37,270 nt of DNA. Origin: Candidatus Thorarchaeota archaeon. Its GTDB lineage: Archaea > Asgardarchaeota > Thorarchaeia > Thorarchaeales > Thorarchaeaceae. The stretch lies in assembly GCA_048882385.1 (NCBI GenBank), contig JBHLRQ010000023.1, forward strand, positions 1-37,270, given 5' to 3'. The notes under the pieces were generated by a model, which did not search any database, was not told the origin of the DNA, and was given only the letters and a program-made list of their open reading frames with translations. Positions 9,072 to 18,460 of this stretch are shown in pieces (the stretch's first letter is position 1; each line of letters starts with the position of its first letter). The translations under genes and the position numbers were made by a program.

Positions 9072-9317
9072 ATGAATGAGGACAGAAGAAAGTGGACAAT
9101 GGTAATTGTACTCGTTATCTCATTGATACTGATATTTCTTGTATTTGGGCCGTCATTCTATGAAACTCTGACTATTGAAGGAAAACGTGCCTACATGTTG
9201 GTGTTTCAGATTGTATTTTTGTACACAATAGGCAGTTTTGTGTTTCGTTGGCTTGAAAGTAGACATAAAGTAAAGGATATTATTAATGAGAAAGAAGAAA
9301 AAGAAATGTTGGACTGA
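9072..9317 (+). CDS. Small membrane protein with two TM helices
   Basis: Hydrophobic segments WTMVIVLVISLILIFLVFG and YMLVFQIVFLYTIGSFVF; SD GGAAGGTGA before ATG 9072 (track start 9063). Confidence 0.65.
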   Translation: MNEDRRKWTMVIVLVISLILIFLVFGPSFYETLTIEGKRAYMLVFQIVFLYTIGSFVFRWLESRHKVKDIINEKEEKEMLD

Positions 9318-9738
9318 AAATATTCTCAATGCAAGATATCAGATTTGAAGTCAATCGCTTGGAATCGATACGGCCAACGGCCCTAATGGATTGGAAATTC
9401 TTAAAATGAAATCTCAGAAGATCGCTTCCAATGTTCAGACATGCTGACAGTCACCTTTTCAGACTTAGACAAATCTGTGAGATGAATGAAGCAATGAGAC
9501 ATGCAAAGGTTAGTGATATGGAACGATTAAAGACACTTGAGTTTCATCAATGAGGGTTTAATCCGTCACAGATTGAACCATTATTCTGGTCTGAATTTGG
9601 GACTGCCCATCGTTCGGGTACTATTGAGAAAGTTATTAGTGATGCGAGTTCATGATGCAGGTTTTTCATTTTACCAAAACCATCAGAACATTCAAAACTA
9701 GCTACATAGACCACGAAACGTAATGTGAGGACCTCACA

Positions 9739-11286
9739 ATGCCAAAGGAATCGTTTGACAAACTCGCTGAGATGAGAGAGAAGACACGTGAAGCTGGAGG
9801 CGCTGAGCGAAAGAAACGTCAGCACGATGCTGGTAAGTACACTGCGAGAGAGCGAATCGAGAAACTCCTAGATCCTGGTTCTTTTGTAGAGATTGATGAA
9901 TTTGTTGTTCATCGTGAGTCTGCCTTTGGTATGGATGAGAACAAGATTCTCGGTGATGGTGTCATAACAGGCTATGGCACAATAGACGGCCGCAAGGTGT
10001 TCATCTTCAGCCAAGACTTCACTGTCTGGGGCGGTTCTCTCGCAGAGATGTACGGTCTCAAAATATGCAAAGTCATGGACATGGCAATGGAGACCGGAGC
10101 TCCTGTAATAGGTCTAAACGATTCTGGAGGTGCTCGCATTCAGGAAGGTGTGAAGAGCCTTGCATCCTATTGTTGGATATTCAGACGTAACACGTTAGCA
10201 AGCGGTGTCATTCCTCAAATATCTGCAATTATGGGTCCTTGTGCTGGCGGTGCTGTTTACAGTCCTGCAGTCACTGACTTCACGCTCATGGTCAAGGGTA
10301 CAAGTCACATGTTCATTACTGGTCCCGAAGTGATCAAGACAGTAACTGGTGAGGAGGTCAGCTTTGAGGAGCTGGGCGGCGCAATGACACACAATACAAC
10401 TAGTGGTGTTGCATCATTTGCAAGCGAGGATGAGGATGACTGCATCATGCAAATCAAGACACTTCTCAGTTATATCCCAAGCAATAATCTTGAAGAGCCA
10501 CCACGTGTTGAAACCGGTCATTTCCCAGATGATGTCGACGATTCCATTGATGACCTTGTTCCTGAAGATGCCAATGTTCCTTATGACATGCGAGAAGTTG
10601 TAGCGAAACTGGTTGACAACGGTGAGTTCTTTGAGGTCCATGAACATTGGGCGAAGAACATGATCACCGGGTTTGCACGTTTTGACGGTCGCTCTGTAGG
10701 CATTGTGGGAAACAATCCTGCTCATCTCGCTGGCACAATCGACATCAATGCATCAGACAAGTGTGCTCGATTTGTTAGATTCTGTGATGCTTTCAACATA
10801 CCAGTGATAACTTTCATGGATGTTCCGGGATATCTCCCCGGAACTGCCCAAGAATGGGGCGGCATCATTCGTCACGGAGCTAAGATTCTCTATGCATTTG
10901 CTGAGGCAACTGTTCCTCTCATTACTATCATCACTCGAAAAGGATACGGTGGGGCATACGACGTGATGAGCTCAAGACACATTGGAGCAGATCTTGTTTA
11001 TGCTTGGCCCGGTTCTCAGATTGCTGTAATGGGGCCTGATGGAGCAATTAACATAATCTTCAGAAAAGAAATTGCCAAGGCTAAGAACAAGGAGATGAAG
11101 CGTGCACAGCTTGTAAAGGAGTACAAGGAACAGTTTGCCAATCCATACATTGCTGCTGGTCTTGGGTATATCGACAAAGTGATCTATCCACGAGAAACAC
11201 GCCAGTTGATTTGCAACGGTCTAGACATGCTTTCAAGCAAGAGGCAGAACAGACCTCCAAAGAAACATGGAAACATTCCTCTGTGA
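9739..11286 (+). CDS. Acyl-CoA carboxyltransferase (PccB / MmdA / transcarboxylase 12S-like)
   Basis: GKYTARERI, NDSGGARIQEG, GPCAGGAVYSPA, DVPGYLPG, RKGYGGAYDVM, C-terminal KKHGNIPL. Confidence 0.95.
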   Translation: MPKESFDKLAEMREKTREAGGAERKKRQHDAGKYTARERIEKLLDPGSFVEIDEFVVHRESAFGMDENKILGDGVITGYGTIDGRKVFIFSQDFTVWGGSLAEMYGLKICKVMDMAMETGAPVIGLNDSGGARIQEGVKSLASYCWIFRRNTLASGVIPQISAIMGPCAGGAVYSPAVTDFTLMVKGTSHMFITGPEVIKTVTGEEVSFEELGGAMTHNTTSGVASFASEDEDDCIMQIKTLLSYIPSNNLEEPPRVETGHFPDDVDDSIDDLVPEDANVPYDMREVVAKLVDNGEFFEVHEHWAKNMITGFARFDGRSVGIVGNNPAHLAGTIDINASDKCARFVRFCDAFNIPVITFMDVPGYLPGTAQEWGGIIRHGAKILYAFAEATVPLITIITRKGYGGAYDVMSSRHIGADLVYAWPGSQIAVMGPDGAINIIFRKEIAKAKNKEMKRAQLVKEYKEQFANPYIAAGLGYIDKVIYPRETRQLICNGLDMLSSKRQNRPPKKHGNIPL

Positions 11287-11646
11287 TTTTGTAGGTTTAG
11301 CCTATGATTGAAAAGTTATGGGAACGTGTGCCAGTGTTCTGACATTTTCTACATCAAACAGGTTCATGCATATTCTCTTCAGAGTGGATGTGATATGACA
11401 CTTTCAACATTGTCTAAGAGGAAACAACAGGTTGAGGGTTCCGATGAGAATCATAAACTCATGGAAGAGTTCTCTTCACTTCCCAATCCAGAGGAAATGG
11501 ATTTGAGCTTGTTTAAACATAAGTTTTTGAAATTTGTTATATAACAATAAAAATTAAAAGTAATTGCTCACAATAATTATTGGTGTTTTATCATTTCAAC
11601 AGAAACTGATTGAATGCCAAGTTCTCATCATTGGTGGACTGTAATT

Positions 11647-12207
11647 ATGAAAAAGAACTGCTGGGAAATAATGAATTGTGGAAGAATCCCTGGTGGTGAC
11701 AATGCTGATCAGCTCGGTGTTTGTCTTGCTGCGACTGAAGAAAGCGTAGACGGAATAAACAGCGGCAAAAATGGGGGTCGGATATGCTGGGCTGTTGCTG
11801 GCACGCTCTGCGGAGGCAAGGTACAAGGCGAATTCGCATCTAAAATGGACAACTGCATTAAATGTGATTTCTTTCACACTGTGTCTAAGGAAGAAGAAGA
11901 CTTTGTGATGTATTCTGATTCTATGGCTAGGGTCAATTGCTGGGAATTCATGCAGTGTGGCCGTGAACCAAATGGACCAAAAGCAGCTGAACTGGGTGTT
12001 TGTCCAGCATCAACAGATATCAGCACGAATGGCTTGAATCGTGGAAAAAACGGAGGAAGGATTTGCTGGGCAATTGCAGGCACGCTCTGCGGTGGTAAAA
12101 TCCAAGCTGAGTTTGCATTGAAGTTTGCTAATTGCATTACATGCGCATTCTACAATAAAGTTCTGAACGAAGAGAGTAAAATCGTTCTACATCCAGATGA
12201 GGTATGA
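11647..12207 (+). CDS. Tandem two-CW domain protein (two repeats of about 85 aa, 7 Cys each)
   Basis: NCWExxxCGR...GVC...GGRICWAxAGTLCGGK...CxxCxF occurs twice; likely ATG 11647 (track start 11614). Confidence 0.85.
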   Translation: MKKNCWEIMNCGRIPGGDNADQLGVCLAATEESVDGINSGKNGGRICWAVAGTLCGGKVQGEFASKMDNCIKCDFFHTVSKEEEDFVMYSDSMARVNCWEFMQCGREPNGPKAAELGVCPASTDISTNGLNRGKNGGRICWAIAGTLCGGKIQAEFALKFANCITCAFYNKVLNEESKIVLHPDEV

Positions 12208-12442
12208 AAGAGTTCTCAAGTTTATCGACACATTCATACTCACTTAGTGGTCAATATAGCACGTCATGAGAAACTTCAATGGACAACAGTTAATATTCAT
12301 TATATCTTCTACACCGGATCAAGATACATTACTTCCATCCTCCATCCACGCTGCCTTTAGTACTCTTGCTGTTGCTTATTGATTTAAGTAGGAGAGTCTA
12401 ATAATTCAGAGATGAACAATTCATTCCAATTTCTAAATCCGC

Positions 12443-13399
12443 TCACACCGTTGAAGAAGTATCTCGCCTGTACCAGAGATGCCTATATCTTTCCTGAAAC
12501 TTGTACTTCGTGTACAGGTCAATTGCCGCTTGATTTGTATTATGAACAACAAGTTCAGCAACTCTATACCCATTATGAAATGCTCGATTTAGCATCTCGA
12601 CAAACAGGGCTTGGCCATACCCTCGGCGTCTATACTTTGGCAAAACTCCTAATCCTTGAATCTTGAGAACTCTTTTTTCCCCATCGTCAACATCATGATA
12701 TGATGACCAACCTGAACCTATTCCAACAGGCTTGTCGGCAGCCTCGCACACAACCAGTAATCGCGGCTCGAAGTTGATATGGTTGGCCTGAGCTCTCAAT
12801 GAACTAGTCGTTGCAAAACTCCGATCATAGCTTTCGCTGTAGATTTCGTTATGAAGTTCTACCCATGTTTTCAATTCCCTTTTTGGATCTAAGACCCTGA
12901 ATCTCAATTCCTTTGGTCGAACCTCTGATTCTATTGGTTCGTCATACTCCAGTCTCATCTTAATCCAAGAGTAATCATATTTGAAACCGCGAGATTCGGC
13001 GAATACTCGTGCATCAGTACGAAAGCTTGGCATTCTGCACTCAAATACAGTCGTACCCCTTTTCTTGCCTTTTTCTAGCAGGTGTTCCAGAATCATTGAA
13101 CCTATTCCTTTACTTCGAAAATCTGGATGCACTTGGATCATTATCCGGGAACTTGATGGTGATATTCCCTGAGAGAATATTGTACCAGCTGCAACTAGAG
13201 CCCCCTCCCTGTTTTGTATTAATACAACATCTCGCCCAACTTCGACACTTGGATGAGAGAATGATGAGCGGAAATAATTTCCACTGATTTCCACGTGATC
13301 TGGGTTGTCCATTGAATCTACTGCATTATACAAGGCAGCATAATCTTCGAACATCGCTTCATTTCCCGGTTGTAGTAGAAATGTGTTTGAATCCCTCAT
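12443..13399 (-). CDS. Tandem GNAT N-acetyltransferase
   Basis: Two motif-A copies VHPDFRSKGIG and VLPKYRRRGYG; motif B NQAAIDLYTKYKF. Confidence 0.9.
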   Translation of the reverse strand: MRDSNTFLLQPGNEAMFEDYAALYNAVDSMDNPDHVEISGNYFRSSFSHPSVEVGRDVVLIQNREGALVAAGTIFSQGISPSSSRIMIQVHPDFRSKGIGSMILEHLLEKGKKRGTTVFECRMPSFRTDARVFAESRGFKYDYSWIKMRLEYDEPIESEVRPKELRFRVLDPKRELKTWVELHNEIYSESYDRSFATTSSLRAQANHINFEPRLLVVCEAADKPVGIGSGWSSYHDVDDGEKRVLKIQGLGVLPKYRRRGYGQALFVEMLNRAFHNGYRVAELVVHNTNQAAIDLYTKYKFQERYRHLWYRRDTSSTV

Positions 13400-13403
13400 T
13401 ATC

Positions 13404-14090
13404 TCATCCCACTATCTGAACCCTATTTTCCATAGGCTGAGTATACGAACTCCAAATGCGCCTTTTTCTGATCTGCTTGTGGTGGAGGACAGCTCGGCCA
13501 AGTTCTGTTATGCTTACATGCTTGCGACGTGAAATTCGCAATCTAGATACATAACCAGCCAACTCCAAATTTCGGAGATGTCTGGAGAGTCCTGACGGTC
13601 GGATTCCTGTTTCTTCGGCTACCTGTTTTTGATGCACCGGTTTATCACAACTCTCAAGATAACAGAGTATCTCTCTTTTCTGGAATGAAAGATTGACAAG
13701 CTCGGATGGCCAAATCTCAGAAAGGTCGAATGTTTCATTTCTGTTAACACACACTATGGACGCGTTAACTATCGCAGCAGAAATACAAGCTGCTAACGTC
13801 ATTGTACAATCATCAGTTGCAATGCTGAACTCGATGTCATACTCATCAATTCTCTGAGAATCCAGTGCGTTTAAGGATGAAGAAAGAATATTGTTGAAAT
13901 CATGTGATGCAACCGTCACAGATATGCCTGTGATTCCAATGCTTGAATATTTGTCAATGAGCTGGTTCACGATATCCTCTTGTTCCTGGTTATGAACAAT
14001 GATAAGCTCATCAATTTGTTTTCTTACAGTTAAGCACTCTATGCTTTCCGTATTTCCGAAGAAGGCGATGTGGATCTTTTGTTTTGCCAT
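13404..14090 (-). CDS. CARF-like Rossmann domain plus wHTH regulator (Csa3/DUF6293-like)
   Basis: HIAFFG...DELIIVH...DFNNIL...IEFSIA...MTLAACISA, then QKQVAEETGIRPSGLSRHLRNLELAGYV...ITELG; ATG 14090 after SD GGAG (track start 14141). Confidence 0.7.
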   Translation of the reverse strand: MAKQKIHIAFFGNTESIECLTVRKQIDELIIVHNQEQEDIVNQLIDKYSSIGITGISVTVASHDFNNILSSSLNALDSQRIDEYDIEFSIATDDCTMTLAACISAAIVNASIVCVNRNETFDLSEIWPSELVNLSFQKREILCYLESCDKPVHQKQVAEETGIRPSGLSRHLRNLELAGYVSRLRISRRKHVSITELGRAVLHHKQIRKRRIWSSYTQPMENRVQIVG

Positions 14091-14180
14091 TGTATATATT
14101 CTCCAATGAATGTGCTGGTCATTTGTTAGTATTGTGTGCAATCAGAATCCAGTAAGTTTGGATTGAGTGCATCCTGCAAT

Positions 14181-14283
14181 AGGTGGGGCCTGAAGAATAT
14201 CCAGACCCCGTGGGGTGCCCCCCACCTTCTACCAGTTTTTCGTTACAAAGCTTCCCCGGTCAAGGTCCTAAATCCCGGGTAAC
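14181..14283 (-). ncRNA. Candidate GC-rich structured leader/ncRNA of unknown class
   Basis: Minus-strand stems GGGGTCTGG/TCAGGCCCC, GGGG/CCCC, closing AGGT/ACCT, and GTTAC-CCGG/CCGG-GTAAC; TTATATA box at 14299-14305. Confidence 0.4.
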
Positions 14284-14440
14284 AACTCGAATTCTGAGTA
14301 TATAAGCTGTTGATGAGCCAAAAAAAGTGGGACTTCAGACGAAATGAATGCGCTCTCTGATTAGATTCATATGTCCATTAGTAGCAAATCTCAAGATTTT
14401 TTATTTTCTTGAAGAATCTTGTTACTAGCGTAAGTTATGT

Positions 14441-16117
14441 CTAAAGTTGAGGTTTCGGAGATGTGACGAATTCAGATTGCGACTCTAACTCTTTAGATAC
14501 CATTTCTTCACATTCTTTTCTCAGAAATTCCAACCAGGTTCTCAGATCTTCTTTCTGAGCCATCCATCTCTGATGTTCAACATCCCAAAACTGCCTCGGA
14601 AATTCCCAATGTCCCCAAATTGCACTACTAAGCGGTGAAATAGTAACTGGCCATTTGAGTAGCCGAAGGGTGTCCATCATTTTGGTTGAACCCCCCAATG
14701 GAAGTTCAACAATCATCAGAAGATTTCTGATCTTTTCATATCGCAGAAACACTCGTGGAAGTTCTCTTGACCAAACATCAAGAAGGTTTGCTGTTCTTTC
14801 ATCTGTGGCTCTGAGTGCCACTCTCTCAACGAGACCGATATTCATCACACTCCAATCCCGTCGAATCAATCCCTCTGTCCTTAGTTTCTTCAGTCTATTT
14901 ACTAGCTTGTTTTGTCCCACTGCAAGCTCTTTCCTTATCGCTCGCGTGGATGTAAATCCCTGTCTCACTAAATCAAGAATACGGATATCAAGAGAGTCGA
15001 GATAATAATCTGTAGTTCTTGCAGGGTAGTCAATTCGTTCAACAAGCTGGTCTATAGACTCTTCTTTAATACGATGACCCCATCCTTGCATTGCAATCCA
15101 CGGTATTTCCCAATTACGGATTTTTGCATTATAGTGATAGAATGAGTTAGAAACGCCAACAGAGAATGTTTCTGAAACATCACATGCAAGACCATAATTC
15201 TCCAGAATATTGATCATCTGTTTTAAGAACCGGACGTTTTCTGAGTTGTCAGGCACAGCAAGTCGTGCCATAGAATGCCAGGGTCCATTTAGAATTGCTC
15301 TAATTTCATATAAGAACGGACATTTAGTTAGAAGCTTATCGGGATTGCTCCATGATGGTCCTGCTAGAAGGACATGAAATGTTTTGATACCAACAGTGGA
15401 AAACGGAACGGTTGTGTGTTCAACCAAGACGTATTTTCGTTTCAAGTAATTGATTTTAGTGCAAACCCATGATTCACTTAATCCAGAAATCTCTGCAACC
15501 TGTTTGTAGGAAGCATCACGATTTTTCATCAAAACATCGAGTATCTTAACCTCCGCTTGATTCAAAGTGACCACAATACTCTGAACCCTTTGCATCATAT
15601 ACTCTACATACTGCTGGAAATCCAGAAACTTACCATAGCGAAACATACATACAAATTCATGAATGATCGAATCCAGCTCATCATTTCCACCAAGTGTGTG
15701 AATCCACGTCATGAGCTCTAATGAGTTGTATACAAGATTTGGCTGAATTCGTAGTGACGGGATAGTTCTCCACAGAGAAGTCCATCTGTTTCTATCACCT
15801 TTCTTCAGAGATTGGCGTGAAAACTCAAAAGCAAGGTCGCGTTTTGCTTCAGAGCATAGATTGTTGGGTAATGAATTAAATAGACACTCTCGAAAAATTA
15901 ATCCTCTTAGCGGAATATCGCCTACCACTACTTCCTCTGTTATTTGAAATTCCCGATCCGAAACAACATAACTTCCTCCCATATACAGTCCATCCAGCTT
16001 ACTGATGGTTCTTATTGATTTAGGATGGGCTGGAGTTCCAAGATTAAAACGGTCCGCTACAATGCTAGAACATTCTTGCCATATACTCAATATTTCGGAG
16101 GTTAAATCTGTCATCAC
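14441..16117 (-). CDS. Large regulator with two Lrp/AsnC-type HTH modules
   Basis: EVKILDVLMKNRDASYKQVAEISGLSESWV and LDSLDIRILDLVRQG...RAIRKELAVGQNKLVNRLKKL; N-terminal region of about 180 aa unassigned. Confidence 0.75.
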   Translation of the reverse strand: MMTDLTSEILSIWQECSSIVADRFNLGTPAHPKSIRTISKLDGLYMGGSYVVSDREFQITEEVVVGDIPLRGLIFRECLFNSLPNNLCSEAKRDLAFEFSRQSLKKGDRNRWTSLWRTIPSLRIQPNLVYNSLELMTWIHTLGGNDELDSIIHEFVCMFRYGKFLDFQQYVEYMMQRVQSIVVTLNQAEVKILDVLMKNRDASYKQVAEISGLSESWVCTKINYLKRKYVLVEHTTVPFSTVGIKTFHVLLAGPSWSNPDKLLTKCPFLYEIRAILNGPWHSMARLAVPDNSENVRFLKQMINILENYGLACDVSETFSVGVSNSFYHYNAKIRNWEIPWIAMQGWGHRIKEESIDQLVERIDYPARTTDYYLDSLDIRILDLVRQGFTSTRAIRKELAVGQNKLVNRLKKLRTEGLIRRDWSVMNIGLVERVALRATDERTANLLDVWSRELPRVFLRYEKIRNLLMIVELPLGGSTKMMDTLRLLKWPVTISPLSSAIWGHWEFPRQFWDVEHQRWMAQKEDLRTWLEFLRKECEEMVSKELESQSEFVTSPKPQL

Positions 16118-16517
16118 AAACTAGTATGAATACTAACTTTAAGAGCTTCTGTTGTATTGACTAAGGATTTCACAAAGTCAATTAAGCTAGTTTGCCATTA
16201 GGAGATTGATTGTCCTTCAATCAATGTTGCTTTCTAGGATGCAACTATCAATCTATTTTGAAACTTCCATCGTGTCAGCTTGAATACTCAGAAGTTCTAT
16301 TCTAATTGATGAAAATGACCTCTCCACCAAAAGACCCCCCTGAGCCTTGGTAAACATAACCTCGGTGTCAATTAGAGAATTGAAAATCGGGTTGAATGAA
16401 AGGAACGTGAAGAGTAATTATGGTTGTTGAAATTACGTTGATGAATTCAATCAGAATTACTCTTCCCAACCTCATTATTTGGTCCATAATTCGAACTGAA
16501 AAAATGAGGGTAAACGA

Positions 16518-17819
16518 TTGACCAATAATCTCGATAAACAATCAGCGAAAACGCGGAGATCCGCATCACTACGGGAAGTACGGGATGATGTGCAATCAGC
16601 TTTCCAACCAAATGAGAAATTGCTAATAATAATGAACAAAGACAGTGGTTTAGCTCCTTACTCACATGAATTCTGCAGGAGCAACTTGGATCCTCAAGTT
16701 ATTTCTGGGTTCATTTCAGCAATGACAAGTTTCATGGGTTTTGTGACAGGTGAACAACAATCCAATTGGAAAACAGTGTATGGTTCAGAATCTGAGATCC
16801 TTGTAGAAACAGGTGAGTGGACATATGGAGTTCTCGCAGTAGCAAGGGTAACAAATGAAGCTCGATGTAATTTGTCCCGAGTTACTTCCGAGTTTGAGGA
16901 TTGTTTCAAAGTACTCAAGAATTCTGATGATATTGAAGGCAGTGCATTTAGAGAATTTGATCAGCTCGTGAGAAAATTGTTCGTGGATGATAGAATTACT
17001 AATGGAACCCTCGTAATGAAGCGATTAGAGTGGAAATCATCAGGATTATCTTTCGACTTACCAAGTACGACCTTTAACGTGTCAAAATTGTTTCTTGGCA
17101 TTGAAGCAGCACAATCCGTCCAAGAAATAGCCGAGTTTCACTCTCTCCCAATTGAAGAGGTAGTCGAACATGTTTCAAAAGCATTTTGGAATAACGCTGT
17201 CTATCTCAAGCTAGTTCCAACAGCAAACGATGTTCTAACTCTTTCAAAAGACACCTCATCGATTGTATTCCAAAAAGGAAATCCCCTCCATCTATCTGAT
17301 AAAAGCTTGAAGGTGATTTCGCAATTCGATGGTCGTACGAAACTGTCGAGTGCTATGAATGGATTGAATCCTCTTGAGATGAAGATTCTTTTAGAAGATT
17401 TGGGAGAACTTGTCAACAGAGGTCATATTCAAAGAATATCTGAGGAATGCCGTTTTGTCATCCTAAATGAATGCATTCTATCAACTCTTTCTTGTCGAGG
17501 GTCTCAGATTGTTGGTCGTAAAAACATGACTGCACTCTTTGATCAAATCAGAGAAAAAGGAAACAAACAACACCCTTGGATAAACAGAGTACGGCTCACA
17601 GATATGATGCATACTCAGTGTATCTTCGAAGTAAATTCGAACTCGGATGTCCTGAAAGACATTTGTGATGCTCTGGAATTTTTCATTGAGGAGCTAACTC
17701 AACGTCTCTCTGGTTTGTGCAGCAAATATGTGATTAATAGACTATTAAACAGTATAATTGACAATTGCAGAGAGTTGTGGTTTCCAAACCGAGCCAATGT
17801 TGGAATGTTCAGTGCATAA
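16518..17819 (+). CDS. Longin-like plus wHTH-like protein, paralog of 7472..8683
   Basis: Shared blocks YSHEF, LDPQ, SGFIxAMTSF, WKTxYGSE, GEWT, GNPLxLS, HPW; start uncertain. Confidence 0.7.
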   Translation: MTNNLDKQSAKTRRSASLREVRDDVQSAFQPNEKLLIIMNKDSGLAPYSHEFCRSNLDPQVISGFISAMTSFMGFVTGEQQSNWKTVYGSESEILVETGEWTYGVLAVARVTNEARCNLSRVTSEFEDCFKVLKNSDDIEGSAFREFDQLVRKLFVDDRITNGTLVMKRLEWKSSGLSFDLPSTTFNVSKLFLGIEAAQSVQEIAEFHSLPIEEVVEHVSKAFWNNAVYLKLVPTANDVLTLSKDTSSIVFQKGNPLHLSDKSLKVISQFDGRTKLSSAMNGLNPLEMKILLEDLGELVNRGHIQRISEECRFVILNECILSTLSCRGSQIVGRKNMTALFDQIREKGNKQHPWINRVRLTDMMHTQCIFEVNSNSDVLKDICDALEFFIEELTQRLSGLCSKYVINRLLNSIIDNCRELWFPNRANVGMFSA

Positions 17820-17980
17820 TGAGATATCATCTTCGGAAATTGCCTAGATCATCAGTTCGGACAGAATTCTTGAATTTGTCAATCACTGATTAACAGGGTT
17901 AATTTTTCCAATCCTTTTTGTAGAAAATATTATATACTACTTTTTTCAAACGACCATCTATATAGTTGGTGTTTTTACCA

Positions 17981-18226
17981 ATGATGAGCAACGAAGAAAT
18001 TGAGCAAAAGGTGAAATCTTCCAAGTTGACCAAGAGTCAATCTATTGTCCTCTCCATATTGAGAAAACAAGGGAAGAACGGCGTTACACCCAAGCAGCTC
18101 TTAGATGAAGTGCAATTTGCACCTCGTACCGTTAGATACGCCCTGCGGAAACTGCTAAAGAAGAATCTGATTCGTAGAATTCCGTGTCTTCAAGACATGC
18201 GACAATGGATCTACATTCCAGCATAG
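17981..18226 (+). CDS. Small stand-alone winged-HTH protein
   Basis: LTKSQSIVLSILRK...TPKQL...APRTVRYALRKLLKKNLI...DMRQWIY; TATA-like TATTATATA near 17929-17937 (track start 17966). Confidence 0.85.
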   Translation: MMSNEEIEQKVKSSKLTKSQSIVLSILRKQGKNGVTPKQLLDEVQFAPRTVRYALRKLLKKNLIRRIPCLQDMRQWIYIPA

Positions 18227-18265
18227 AAGAAAAAAGAATAGTTGGGGGATAGTCCCCCTCTTTGT
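18227..18265. terminator. Likely bidirectional terminator between convergent genes
   Basis: GGGGGA-TAG-TCCCCC hairpin (18244-18258) with T-rich tails on both strands. Confidence 0.6.
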
Positions 18266-18460
18266 TCATTTGCGAGAGTTCATGACCTGCCAGCAACGCT
18301 TGCAGATGCCAGGAGCGGGCATGGTATTAGCATTGACCCAGCCCTTGCATTTAGGAGCGATATTGACAGTGCAGCGATCCATCTTGTGAGGATAGATTTT
18401 ATTGCCAACTTCACGAGCTCTAATTTTCTTCTGGCCGCCACGGCCTTTCTTGTGCGGTAT
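18266..18460 (-). CDS. Basic Cys4 zinc-finger-like microprotein (64 aa), apparent ATA start; not in ORF track
   Basis: (M)PHKKGRGGQKKIRAREVGNKIYPHKMDRCTVNIAPKCKGWVNANTMPAPGICKRCWQVMNSRK; SD-like AGGATGA upstream; in-frame TGA three codons upstream; TTTATAA box near 18549-18555; terminator downstream. Confidence 0.7.
   Translation of the reverse strand: MPHKKGRGGQKKIRAREVGNKIYPHKMDRCTVNIAPKCKGWVNANTMPAPGICKRCWQVMNSRK

Noticed and set aside
11308-11544. 78-aa ORF downstream of the carboxyltransferase
   Set aside because: TTG start without a clear SD and no motif; cannot support
12318-12380. Possible 3' gene remnant on the minus strand (ATARVLKAAWMEDGSNVS)
   Set aside because: Too short, and no parent gene in the window to confirm it
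14181-14283. Hammerhead ribozyme (CTGAAGA) or TPP riboswitch (TCTGGATA) call
   Set aside because: The matching hammerhead GAAA core and the TPP CUGAGA motif are absent
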